A DNA stretch of 64,000 bases, taken from the NCBI RefSeq assembly GCF_025699295.1, contig NZ_JAILWB010000018.1:1309-65308 (forward strand), in the 5' to 3' direction. Source of the DNA: Hydrogenophaga sp. GTDB taxonomy: Bacteria; Pseudomonadota; Gammaproteobacteria; Burkholderiales; Burkholderiaceae_C. The position numbers and the translations under genes were made by a program. The notes beneath the pieces are model-generated. The model made no database searches and had not been told where the DNA came from. It worked only from the letters and a program-made list of their open reading frames with translations. This document shows positions 56,615 through 64,000 of the stretch, one piece after another (the first letter of the stretch is position 1; each line of letters begins with the position of its first letter).

Positions 56615-57880
56615 TCAGGCAGCGGGTTGCAGGCGCGCAATGCGCTCGCTGGCAGGGGGATGGGAGTAGTAGAAGCGGGCGTACACCGGGTCGGGCGTGA
56701 GCGTGCTGGCGTTGTCCTTGTAGAGCTTGAGCAGCGCGCTGGCCAGATCGGTGCCGCTGGTGTGCGCGACGGCATAGGCGTCGGCCTCGAACTCGTGCTT
56801 GCGCGAGAGCTGCGCCATCAGCGGTGAGAGGAAGAAGGTGAACAGCGGCACGACCATCAGGAACAGCAGCAGGGCAAGCGCGTCGTTGGGCGTGTCCATC
56901 GAGGGTGTCACGCCCAGGCCGCTGTAGAACCAGGCCTGGCTGGAGACCCAGCCCAGCGCGGCAAAGCCGGCCAGGCTCAGCGCGAACATCAGCCCGATGC
57001 GCTTGAGGATGTGGCGGCGCTTGTAGTGGCCGAGCTCGTGCGCGAGCACGGCGTCGATCTCGTCCGGGCTCAGCTGCTTGAGCAGGGTGTCGAAGAACAC
57101 CACGCGCTTGGCGGCGCCGAAGCCGGTGAAGTAGGCGTTGGCGTGCGCGCTGCGCTTGCTGCCGTCCATGACGAACAGGCCTTTCGCGGCGAAGCCGCAG
57201 CGCTGCATCAGCGCATTCACGCGGGCCTTGAGCGCCTCGTCCGACAGCGGCTCGAACTTGTTGAACAGCGGCGCGATCACCGTCGGGTAGAGCACCAGCG
57301 CGAGCAGGTTGAAGACCATCCACACGCCCCAGGCCCAGAGCCACCAGGCCGGGCCCGCCGCGCCCATCAGCCACAGCACCACCGCCGCGATCGGCAGGCC
57401 GACCAGCGCGCCCACCAGCGTGCCCTTGAGCAGGTCGGCCAGCCAGAGCGAAATCGTCATCTTGTTGAAGCCGAAACGCTCTTCGATGCGGAAGGTGGCG
57501 TACCAGCTCAGCGGCAGCGTGATCAGGCTGCCGATGAGCACGAAGGCCGCGATCAGCGCGAGCTGCTGCACCAGGCCGCCGCCCAGCGCACCCAGCAGCG
57601 TCTGGTTCAACCAGTCCAGGCCGCCGAGCAGCGTCCAGCCCAGCAGCAGGGCTGCCTCCAGCGCGGTTTCCAGCAGGCCGAAACGGGTCTTGGTGAGGGT
57701 GTAGTCGGCTGCCTTCTGGTGCGATTCGACCGAAATGGTGTCGCTGAAAGCGGCCGGCACCGCGCCCCGATGGCGCGCCACATGGCGGATCTGGCGGCTG
57801 GCGAGCACGGTGCGCACGACCAGACCCAGCACCAGCAGGGCGCAGAAGAGGGCGGTGAAAGAGAGCGAGGCGGTGTCCAT
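56615..57880 (-). CDS. M48-family (Ste24/HtpX-like) zinc metalloprotease
   Basis: [10 protein letters not shown] zincin motif, a downstream EFEAD and multiple N-terminal TM segments. Start at ATG 57880 (MDTASL...). Confidence 0.85.
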   Translation of the reverse strand: MDTASLSFTALFCALLVLGLVVRTVLASRQIRHVARHRGAVPAAFSDTISVESHQKAADYTLTKTRFGLLETALEAALLLGWTLLGGLDWLNQTLLGALGGGLVQQLALIAAFVLIGSLITLPLSWYATFRIEERFGFNKMTISLWLADLLKGTLVGALVGLPIAAVVLWLMGAAGPAWWLWAWGVWMVFNLLALVLYPTVIAPLFNKFEPLSDEALKARVNALMQRCGFAAKGLFVMDGSKRSAHANAYFTGFGAAKRVVFFDTLLKQLSPDEIDAVLAHELGHYKRRHILKRIGLMFALSLAGFAALGWVSSQAWFYSGLGVTPSMDTPNDALALLLFLMVVPLFTFFLSPLMAQLSRKHEFEADAYAVAHTSGTDLASALLKLYKDNASTLTPDPVYARFYYSHPPASERIARLQPAA

Positions 57881-57955
57881 GGGGCCGAGTCTATCGAAGA
57901 CGGCCACGGCGACCCGCTGTCAGGGCCAAGCGGCGGATCGGCGAAAATCCCCGCC

Positions 57956-58567
57956 ATGACCTCTGCCAACCCCCCGGCCACCGCCGCCGCGGCGATGCCC
58001 GCCACCGACACTCCCACCCCCACCCTCGCCAAGAGCGACCAGAACCTGGTCTGGCTCGACTGCGAGATGAGTGGCCTGGACCCGGAGAAAGAGCGCCTGC
58101 TGGAGATCGCGGTGGTGATCACCGGCCCGCTGCTCACGCCGCGCATCGAAGGCCCGGTGATCGTGATCCACCAGAGCGATGCCCTGCTGGGCGCCATGGA
58201 CGCCTGGAACAAGGGCACGCACGGCCGCAGCGGGCTGATCGACAAGGTCAAGGCCAGCACGGTGGACGAAGACGCCGCGCAGGCCGAACTGCTGGCCTTC
58301 ATCGGGAAATACGTGCCGAAGAACGGCTCGCCCATGTGCGGCAACACCATCAGCCAGGACCGGCGCTTCCTGGTGAAGTACATGCCCAAGCTGGAGGCGT
58401 ATTTCCACTACCGCTGCCTGGACGTGAGCACGCTCAAGGAGCTCGCCAAGCGCTGGCGGCCCGAGGTCTACAACGCCTTCAAGAAGCAGCAGAAGCACAC
58501 CGCGCTGGCCGACGTGCACGAGTCCATCGATGAACTCGAGCACTACCGCACCCATTTCCTGCGTTGA
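57956..58567 (+). CDS. orn: oligoribonuclease
   Basis: [13 protein letters not shown] (DEDDh exo I), [11 protein letters not shown] and H.ALADV.ESI.EL..YR. There is a roughly 25-aa N-terminal extension, and ATG 57995 is an alternative start. Confidence 0.9.
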   Translation: MTSANPPATAAAAMPATDTPTPTLAKSDQNLVWLDCEMSGLDPEKERLLEIAVVITGPLLTPRIEGPVIVIHQSDALLGAMDAWNKGTHGRSGLIDKVKASTVDEDAAQAELLAFIGKYVPKNGSPMCGNTISQDRRFLVKYMPKLEAYFHYRCLDVSTLKELAKRWRPEVYNAFKKQQKHTALADVHESIDELEHYRTHFLR

Positions 58568-58658
58568 GCCTGCATCGGGCGCCGCCCGGGCCGGGCAGGG
58601 CGCCACGTGCCTGGCCGGGTGCCGCATGCCAGAATCGTGACAAATCCGTGATACCTGT

Positions 58659-60254
58659 ATGACAAAAAAATCCCGCTCCCGCTTCGTCGCGAAACACCAG
58701 GACGTGCTCCAGCTCGGTGCCGCGCTGCTGTTCCTGCTGCTGGTGGGGGTGTACGCCTCGCTCACCGGCGCCTCCACGGTCGGCCTGGCTTCCTCGGCGG
58801 TGTGGCTGCTGATCGTGGCCGCGGCCGTCGGCGCCTACATGGCCATGAACATCGGCGCCAACGACGTGGCCAACAACATGGGCCCGTCGGTGGGATCCGG
58901 GGCCCTGACCATGGGCTGGGCCATCGTGGTGGCCGCGGTGTTCGAGGCGCTGGGCGCCATCGTGGCCGGTGGCGATGTGGTGGGCACCATCAAGGGTGGC
59001 ATCATCGATCCGGGCCAGATCGGCGACCCGGCGCTGTTCGCCTCGGTCATGTTCTCCGCACTGCTGGCCGGCGCGCTCTGGCTCAACCTGGCCACCGCGC
59101 TGGGCGCGCCGGTGTCCACCACCCACTCCATCATCGGCGCGGTCATGGGCGCTGGCATCGCGGCCGGCGGCTGGGGCCTTGTCAACTGGGGCACCATCGG
59201 CGCCATCGTGGCGAGCTGGGTGGTATCGCCGCTGCTGGGCGGTGCGCTGGCCGCGGCCTTCCTGTACCTGATCAAGCGCAGCGTGACCTACCGCAGCGAC
59301 AAGACCGACGCCGCCAGCCGCGTGGTGCCGGTGCTCATCTCCCTGATGGTCTGGGCCTACACCACCTACATGCTGGTCAAGGGCGTGAGCCAGATGGTCA
59401 AGGTCGGCTTTCTGGTGGCCCTGCTGGCGGGCGCGGTGGTGGCGGCCCTGGTGTGGTGGCTGATCCGCAAGCCGATCGCGCGCATGGCCATGCGCCAGCA
59501 CAACAGCAAGGACGGCGTCAACCGCCTGTTCACCTGGCCGCTGATCTGCTCGGCCGCGCTGCTGAGCTTCGCGCACGGCGCCAACGACGTGGCCAACGCC
59601 ATCGGTCCGCTGGCAGCGATCTACGAAGCGGTGAAGGAAGGTGCGATTGCCACCAAGGCCGGCACGCCGCTGTGGATCATGGTGCTCGGTGCGCTGGGGC
59701 TGTCGATCGGCCTGGCGCTGTATGGCGCGCGCCTCATCCGCACCGTGGGCAAGGAAATCACCGAGCTGGACAACATGCGCGCGTACTCCATCGCGATGTC
59801 CGCCACGCTCACGGTGATCATCGCTTCGCAGCTGGGCATGCCGGTGTCGACCACCCATATCTCCATCGGCGCGGTGTTCGGTGTGGGCTTCCTGCGCGAG
59901 CTGCTCAAGGTGAACTACGCCAAGATGGAAGCGGTGGTGTTCGCCGGCCACCAGGGCGCCGACCGCGACGAGGTCGAGGCCTACCTGAACCGGTTCGAGG
60001 CCGCCGAGGTCAGCGAGAAGAAGCGCATGCTGGCCGACATGAAGCGCCGCGCCAAACAGCGCGAGGCGGCCGAAACCGCCCTGGGCGCGGTGTTCGCCAA
60101 GAAGGAACAGAAGGCGTTCCGCAAGGCCTACAAGAAGGAAATCGTCAAGCGCTCGGTGGTCATGCGCATCGTGGCCGCCTGGATCATCACCGTGCCCGCC
60201 ACGGCGGTGGTGGCGGCGGTGCTGTTCCACATCGTTCGCGCCGTGTTGAGTTGA
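58659..60254 (+). CDS. PiT-family inorganic phosphate transporter
   Basis: Duplicated GANDVAN signature (NIGANDVANNMGP and HGANDVANAIGP) with a large central loop. No obvious SD before ATG 58659. Confidence 0.85.
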   Translation: MTKKSRSRFVAKHQDVLQLGAALLFLLLVGVYASLTGASTVGLASSAVWLLIVAAAVGAYMAMNIGANDVANNMGPSVGSGALTMGWAIVVAAVFEALGAIVAGGDVVGTIKGGIIDPGQIGDPALFASVMFSALLAGALWLNLATALGAPVSTTHSIIGAVMGAGIAAGGWGLVNWGTIGAIVASWVVSPLLGGALAAAFLYLIKRSVTYRSDKTDAASRVVPVLISLMVWAYTTYMLVKGVSQMVKVGFLVALLAGAVVAALVWWLIRKPIARMAMRQHNSKDGVNRLFTWPLICSAALLSFAHGANDVANAIGPLAAIYEAVKEGAIATKAGTPLWIMVLGALGLSIGLALYGARLIRTVGKEITELDNMRAYSIAMSATLTVIIASQLGMPVSTTHISIGAVFGVGFLRELLKVNYAKMEAVVFAGHQGADRDEVEAYLNRFEAAEVSEKKRMLADMKRRAKQREAAETALGAVFAKKEQKAFRKAYKKEIVKRSVVMRIVAAWIITVPATAVVAAVLFHIVRAVLS

Positions 60255-60552
60255 GGGCGCAGAAAGATTCAGGGTTTTCCCTGAATCTGTGCCATAATCG
60301 CAGGCTTCGCAGGCAACTGCGATGATTTGTGCATCTGCCTCACACACCAGGCCCCCCGCATTGCAGGACGGGGCCTTCGCTCCCGGCGTCACGTTCTCCC
60401 TTTTTGTGACCCATGGCGCGTCGATCGTTTGATGGTTGATGTTTTGTAACCACGAACGGATCCGACGCCCCCGGAGCTGCCACCCTGTCAGGGTCGGCCG
60501 TCATCCCAGCGTTTGCATTCGATCAGTTGCGCCTTCTGGCGCATGGACGAAC

Positions 60553-62439
60553 ATGAGCGACTCTTTTGAAGCCCGCGGCGATTTCTCGCCCGAAACCCTG
60601 TCTGCCGAAACGGACGCGGACACCTCCACCCCCATGACCACCGAGCCCGTGGTGCCCGCCGGCCCCAACGGCTTCGAGTTGCTGGGCCTGGCGCCCGAGC
60701 TGGTGCAGGCCTGCGTGGACCTTGGCTACGTGCAGCCCACCGGCGTGCAGAACAACGTGATCCCCAAGGCCATGGTGGTCGGTGGCGAACAGCGGTTTGC
60801 CGACCTGATGGTCTCCAGCCAGACCGGCAGCGGCAAGACCGCCGCCTTCCTGCTGCCCGTGCTGCACACCCTGCTGCAGCAGCGCGCCGAAGCCGACGCC
60901 AGGGAACGCGCCGCGCGCGAACAGGCCGTGGCCGACGCCCTGGCCCGTGGCGAAGCCCCGCCCAAGGCCCCCAAGCGCAAGGACCCGACCAGCCCGCGCA
61001 ACTTCAAGGCCGCCACGCCCGGCGCCCTGATCCTGTGCCCCACGCGCGAACTCGCGCAGCAGGTGGCCAACGACGCCATCGACCTCGTGCGCCACTGCCG
61101 CGGCCTGCGCATCGCCAACGTGGTCGGCGGCATGCCTTACCAGCTGCAGATCGCGCGCCTGCAGAACGCCGACCTCGTCGTCGCCACGCCCGGCCGCCTG
61201 CTGGATCTGCAGCGCTCGCAGCAGCTCAAGCTCGACCAGGTGCAGTTCCTCGTCGTCGACGAGGCCGACCGCATGCTCGACCTCGGCTTCTCCGACGACC
61301 TGGCCGAAGTCAACGCACTGACCAGCCAGCGCCGCCAGACCATGATGTTCAGCGCGACCTTCGCGCCGCGCATCCAGCAGCTCGCCATGCGCGTGATGCA
61401 CGACGGCGGCAAGCACGTGCAGAAGGTGCAGATCGATTCGCCGCAGGAACAGCACGCCAACATCAAGCAGGTGCTGTTCTGGGCCGACCACGCCGACCAC
61501 AAGCGCAAGCTGCTCGACCACTGGCTGCGCGACACCACCATCAACCAGGCCGTGGTGTTCTGCAGCACGCAGATCGAATGCGATGGCCTCGCCACCGACC
61601 TGCAGCAGGCCGGCTTTGCCGCAGTCGCGCTGCACGGCGCGCTCAACCAGGGCATGCGCAACCGCCGCCTGCAGGCGCTGCGCGCCGGCCAGGTGCAGAT
61701 CCTCGTGGCCACCGACGTCGCCGCGCGCGGCATCGACGTGCCCACCATCACCCACGTCTTCAACTTCGGCCTGCCGATGAAGGCCGAGGACTACACGCAC
61801 CGCATCGGCCGCACCGGCCGCGCCGGCCGCGACGGCCTGGCCGTCACGTTCGCCGAGTTCCGCGATCGCCGCAAGATCGGTGATATCGAGGCCTACACGC
61901 GCCAGCGCATCAACGTCGAGACCGTGCCCGGCCTCGAGCCGCGCCAGCGCGCGCCGCAACCCGAATTCGGCCGTGGCCGCCCGCCCGGCCGCCCCGGTGG
62001 TTACGCCGACCGCAGCGGTTTCAACGACCGCCGCAGCGGCCCCGGCCCGCGTGGCCCGCGCTTCGAAGGCCGCCCCGAAGGTGGTGGTCGTTTCGACGCA
62101 CCCCGCGTCGACCACAGCCGCCCCGAATCGCGCTTTGACCCGCGCTTCGAAGGCCGTTCCGACCCGCGCGCCGAACAAGGCCGCTTCGAGCAACAACCGC
62201 GCAACGACTACCGTGGCGGTGGTGACAACCGCGGCTTCGGCGGCGGCGACCGTGGCGCACCCGCGCGCAAGCCGGGCGGCTTCTCCAGCTTCGGCCGCAG
62301 CGACAAGGGCGGCGAACAACGCGGTGGCTTCAGCGACCGTGGCAACGCCGAACGCGGCGCCATGCGCGGCGGCGAATTCGCCCCGCGCCGCAACGAAGGC
62401 GGCCCGTCCCGCCCGATGGCGCGCCGCACACCGCGCTGA
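60553..62439 (+). CDS. DEAD-box ATP-dependent RNA helicase (RhlE-like) with a long Arg/Gly-rich C-terminal tail
   Basis: Q-motif region GY..PT.VQ, motif I SQTGSGKTAAF, PTRELA, VVDEADRMLD, SAT and HRIGRTGRAG. The last ~170 aa are low-complexity R/G/F/D-rich. Confidence 0.9.
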   Translation: MSDSFEARGDFSPETLSAETDADTSTPMTTEPVVPAGPNGFELLGLAPELVQACVDLGYVQPTGVQNNVIPKAMVVGGEQRFADLMVSSQTGSGKTAAFLLPVLHTLLQQRAEADARERAAREQAVADALARGEAPPKAPKRKDPTSPRNFKAATPGALILCPTRELAQQVANDAIDLVRHCRGLRIANVVGGMPYQLQIARLQNADLVVATPGRLLDLQRSQQLKLDQVQFLVVDEADRMLDLGFSDDLAEVNALTSQRRQTMMFSATFAPRIQQLAMRVMHDGGKHVQKVQIDSPQEQHANIKQVLFWADHADHKRKLLDHWLRDTTINQAVVFCSTQIECDGLATDLQQAGFAAVALHGALNQGMRNRRLQALRAGQVQILVATDVAARGIDVPTITHVFNFGLPMKAEDYTHRIGRTGRAGRDGLAVTFAEFRDRRKIGDIEAYTRQRINVETVPGLEPRQRAPQPEFGRGRPPGRPGGYADRSGFNDRRSGPGPRGPRFEGRPEGGGRFDAPRVDHSRPESRFDPRFEGRSDPRAEQGRFEQQPRNDYRGGGDNRGFGGGDRGAPARKPGGFSSFGRSDKGGEQRGGFSDRGNAERGAMRGGEFAPRRNEGGPSRPMARRTPR

Positions 62440-62458
62440 GCCCGTTCAGCTCCACACA

Positions 62459-62488
62459 GAAAACCAGGCCGTGAGGCCTGGTTTTTTT
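62459..62488 (+). terminator. rho-independent terminator after the helicase
   Basis: AAACCAGGCC gtga GGCCTGGTTT followed by TTTT. The outer arms ACACAGA/TCTGTGT extend the stem. Confidence 0.85.
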
Positions 62489-62547
62489 GTCTGTGTCGCA
62501 GTACCGTCGATTGCGCGGCGGCCTGATGGTCCCAACACGATGCAGCC

Positions 62548-63015
62548 ATGCCAATGACCCACTGGAAAACCCAGCAAATGCTCAAAGCCTCCGGCTGGCC
62601 CCTCGCCCCGGAGCTGCTGGCCGCGCCCGGTGCCGACTTCAACGCCCGGCTGGAAGGCGGCCTGGTGCCGCTGCACTGGGCGTGCACCGAAGGCAAGGCC
62701 GGGGTGTTGAAGTACATGCTGGAGCACGGCGCCAATGTGCTGGACGCGGCGGACGGCGCCGTCAGTGTGGCGGGGCGCACGCCGCTGTACATGGCCATCC
62801 ATTCGGGCAACTTCCAGACCGTGATGCTGGTGATCGACCAGCTCAAGGCCATCGGCGCGCCGCCGGCGGACGAGGCGCTGAAGAAGCGGCTGACAAGCGC
62901 TTTCAGCAAGAGCCACGCGGACGCGAAGAACCGCCTGGCGCAGACGCTGAAGGACTGGGACCGCCTGGGCAGGAAGGCACCGCCATCTCCACCGCCGCCG
63001 CCCAGGGCGTCGTGA
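62548..63015 (+). CDS. ankyrin-repeat protein
   Basis: Two recognisable ANK repeats (G.VPLHWACTEGKAGVLKYMLEHGANV; GRTPLYMAIHSGNFQTVMLVI) and a Pro-rich C-terminus. Confidence 0.75.
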   Translation: MPMTHWKTQQMLKASGWPLAPELLAAPGADFNARLEGGLVPLHWACTEGKAGVLKYMLEHGANVLDAADGAVSVAGRTPLYMAIHSGNFQTVMLVIDQLKAIGAPPADEALKKRLTSAFSKSHADAKNRLAQTLKDWDRLGRKAPPSPPPPPRAS

Positions 63016-63026
63016 CACTTCCGCCC

Positions 63027-64000
63027 ATGCAATCCTCGCCGCCCCCTGCCGGCATGCTCGGCATCGACTTCGGCACGTCCAATTCGGCCGTGTCCTGGGC
63101 GGCGCCCGGGGGTGTGGCGCGGCTGATTCCGCTGGAGGGGGATGCCACGTCCATGCCCACGGCGGTGTTCTTCAATGTGGAGGACCGGCTGACGCACTTC
63201 GGCCGCGACGCGGTGGCGCAGTACCTGTCGGGCACGGAGGGGCGGCTGCTGCGTTCGCTCAAGAGCCTGCTGGGCAGCCCCTTGCTGCGCGAATCCACGG
63301 AGGTGAACCACCAGCAGGTGAGCTTCCAGCAGATCGTGGAGATTTTTCTGGACGGGCTGCGCGAGCGCGCCGCACAGGCGCTGGGTGGTCATGCGCCGCG
63401 CCGCGTGGTGATGGGGCGGCCGGTGCATTTCGTGGACGACGACCCGGAGCGCGACGCGCTGGCCCAGCAGTCGCTGCACGACGCGGCGCTGGCGGTGGGC
63501 TTTGACGAGGTCTCGTTCCAGTTCGAGCCCATCGCCGCCGCGCTCGACCATGAGCGCCGCCTCACGGCCGAGCGCCTGGTGCTGGTGGTGGACCTGGGCG
63601 GCGGCACGTCGGACTTCACCGTCGTGCGGCTCGGGCCGCAGCGCATGCAGCGGGCCGACCGCAGCGGCGACGTGCTGGCCACGGCGGGCGTGCACATCGG
63701 TGGCACGGACTTCGACCAGCGCCTGAGCCTGGCGCAGGTGATGCCGCTGCTGGGCTACGGCCACCATGGGCCGCAGGGGCGCGAGGTGCCCAGCCGCGTG
63801 TTCATGGATTTGTCCACCTGGCACCTGATCCACTGGCTGTACCTGCCGCGCGCCATGAGCCAGGCGCAGGCGCTGCGCGTCAACTACACGGACCGCCACC
63901 TGCACCAGCGCCTGATGCAGGTGCTGCAGCAGCGCGACGGCCACCGCATCGCGCACGCGGTGGAGCAGGCCAAGATCGGCTGTTCGCAGCAGGACGCGAG
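63027..64000 (+). CDS. Hsp70-family ATPase (YegD-like), N-terminal 324 codons; runs off window end
   Basis: Open frame from ATG 63027 to the window end. Phosphate-1 motif GIDFGTSNS, phosphate-2 motif VVDLGGGTSDF and GGTDFD. Not in the ORF track because no stop lies inside the window. Confidence 0.8.
   Translation, partial: MQSSPPPAGMLGIDFGTSNSAVSWAAPGGVARLIPLEGDATSMPTAVFFNVEDRLTHFGRDAVAQYLSGTEGRLLRSLKSLLGSPLLRESTEVNHQQVSFQQIVEIFLDGLRERAAQALGGHAPRRVVMGRPVHFVDDDPERDALAQQSLHDAALAVGFDEVSFQFEPIAAALDHERRLTAERLVLVVDLGGGTSDFTVVRLGPQRMQRADRSGDVLATAGVHIGGTDFDQRLSLAQVMPLLGYGHHGPQGREVPSRVFMDLSTWHLIHWLYLPRAMSQAQALRVNYTDRHLHQRLMQVLQQRDGHRIAHAVEQAKIGCSQQDA

Noticed and set aside
58637-58664. Classical PhoB-activating Pho box upstream of pit
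   Set aside because: The repeats are in the orientation opposite to CTGTCAT relative to the gene, and they overlap the start codon rather than a -35 position. The periodic repeat is kept as an observation, but the Pho-box interpretation is not.
60265-60288. Hairpin AGATTCAGGG-tttt-CCCTGAATCT after pit as a rho-independent terminator
   Set aside because: The stem is good, but GTGCC follows it with no T-run. It may still pause or stabilise the transcript, so it is not annotated as a terminator.

Overview
This is a high-GC chromosomal segment. Gene order and composition suggest a betaproteobacterium (Burkholderiales/Comamonadaceae-like), but that is an inference and no search was run. Most of the window is core genome.

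Contents in order:
- argG (partial), ppnP, folC, a SPOR protein, cvpA, purF, metZ and gltX.
- A tRNA-Ala/Glu/Asp operon.
- A tandem Hsp20 pair behind a sigma32-like promoter.
- An adaptive-response pair: an AdaA-AraC-AlkA fusion plus ogt.
- An LPS-core/efflux block on one strand: tetR-MFP-RND, pcm, rhodanese, tolC, a glycosyltransferase, a WaaA-KdkA fusion, waaL and a GT4-like gene. It converges on pmm and two GT2 genes.
- nhaP2, gcdH/gcdR, msrA and two EamA transporters.
- A roughly 12-kb zinc-homeostasis supercluster.
- rpsP-rimM-trmD-rplS, a NUDIX CoA pyrophosphatase, rsgA, phhB, an M48 protease, orn, a PiT transporter, a DEAD-box helicase, an ankyrin protein and a YegD-like Hsp70 (partial).

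Only one segment is clearly accessory. It is a 1.9-kb lower-GC islet inserted in the 3' end of tRNA-Asp and bounded by a 14-bp direct repeat. It carries an orphan DNA methyltransferase and a two-gene module of small proteins, but no integrase.

The least-understood systems are in the zinc supercluster, which is organised around a short divergent region with two palindromes:
- znuCBA runs in line with a TonB-dependent receptor and an exporter-type ABC with two DUF3526 permeases.
- On the other strand, zur is translationally coupled to a LolD/FtsX-type ABC, an 82-aa Cys/His-rich secreted protein and a DUF3299 protein.

All family calls come from motifs read by eye in the translations. No alignment, HMM or structure search was possible. 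The many long antisense ORFs in the track are treated as high-GC artefacts.
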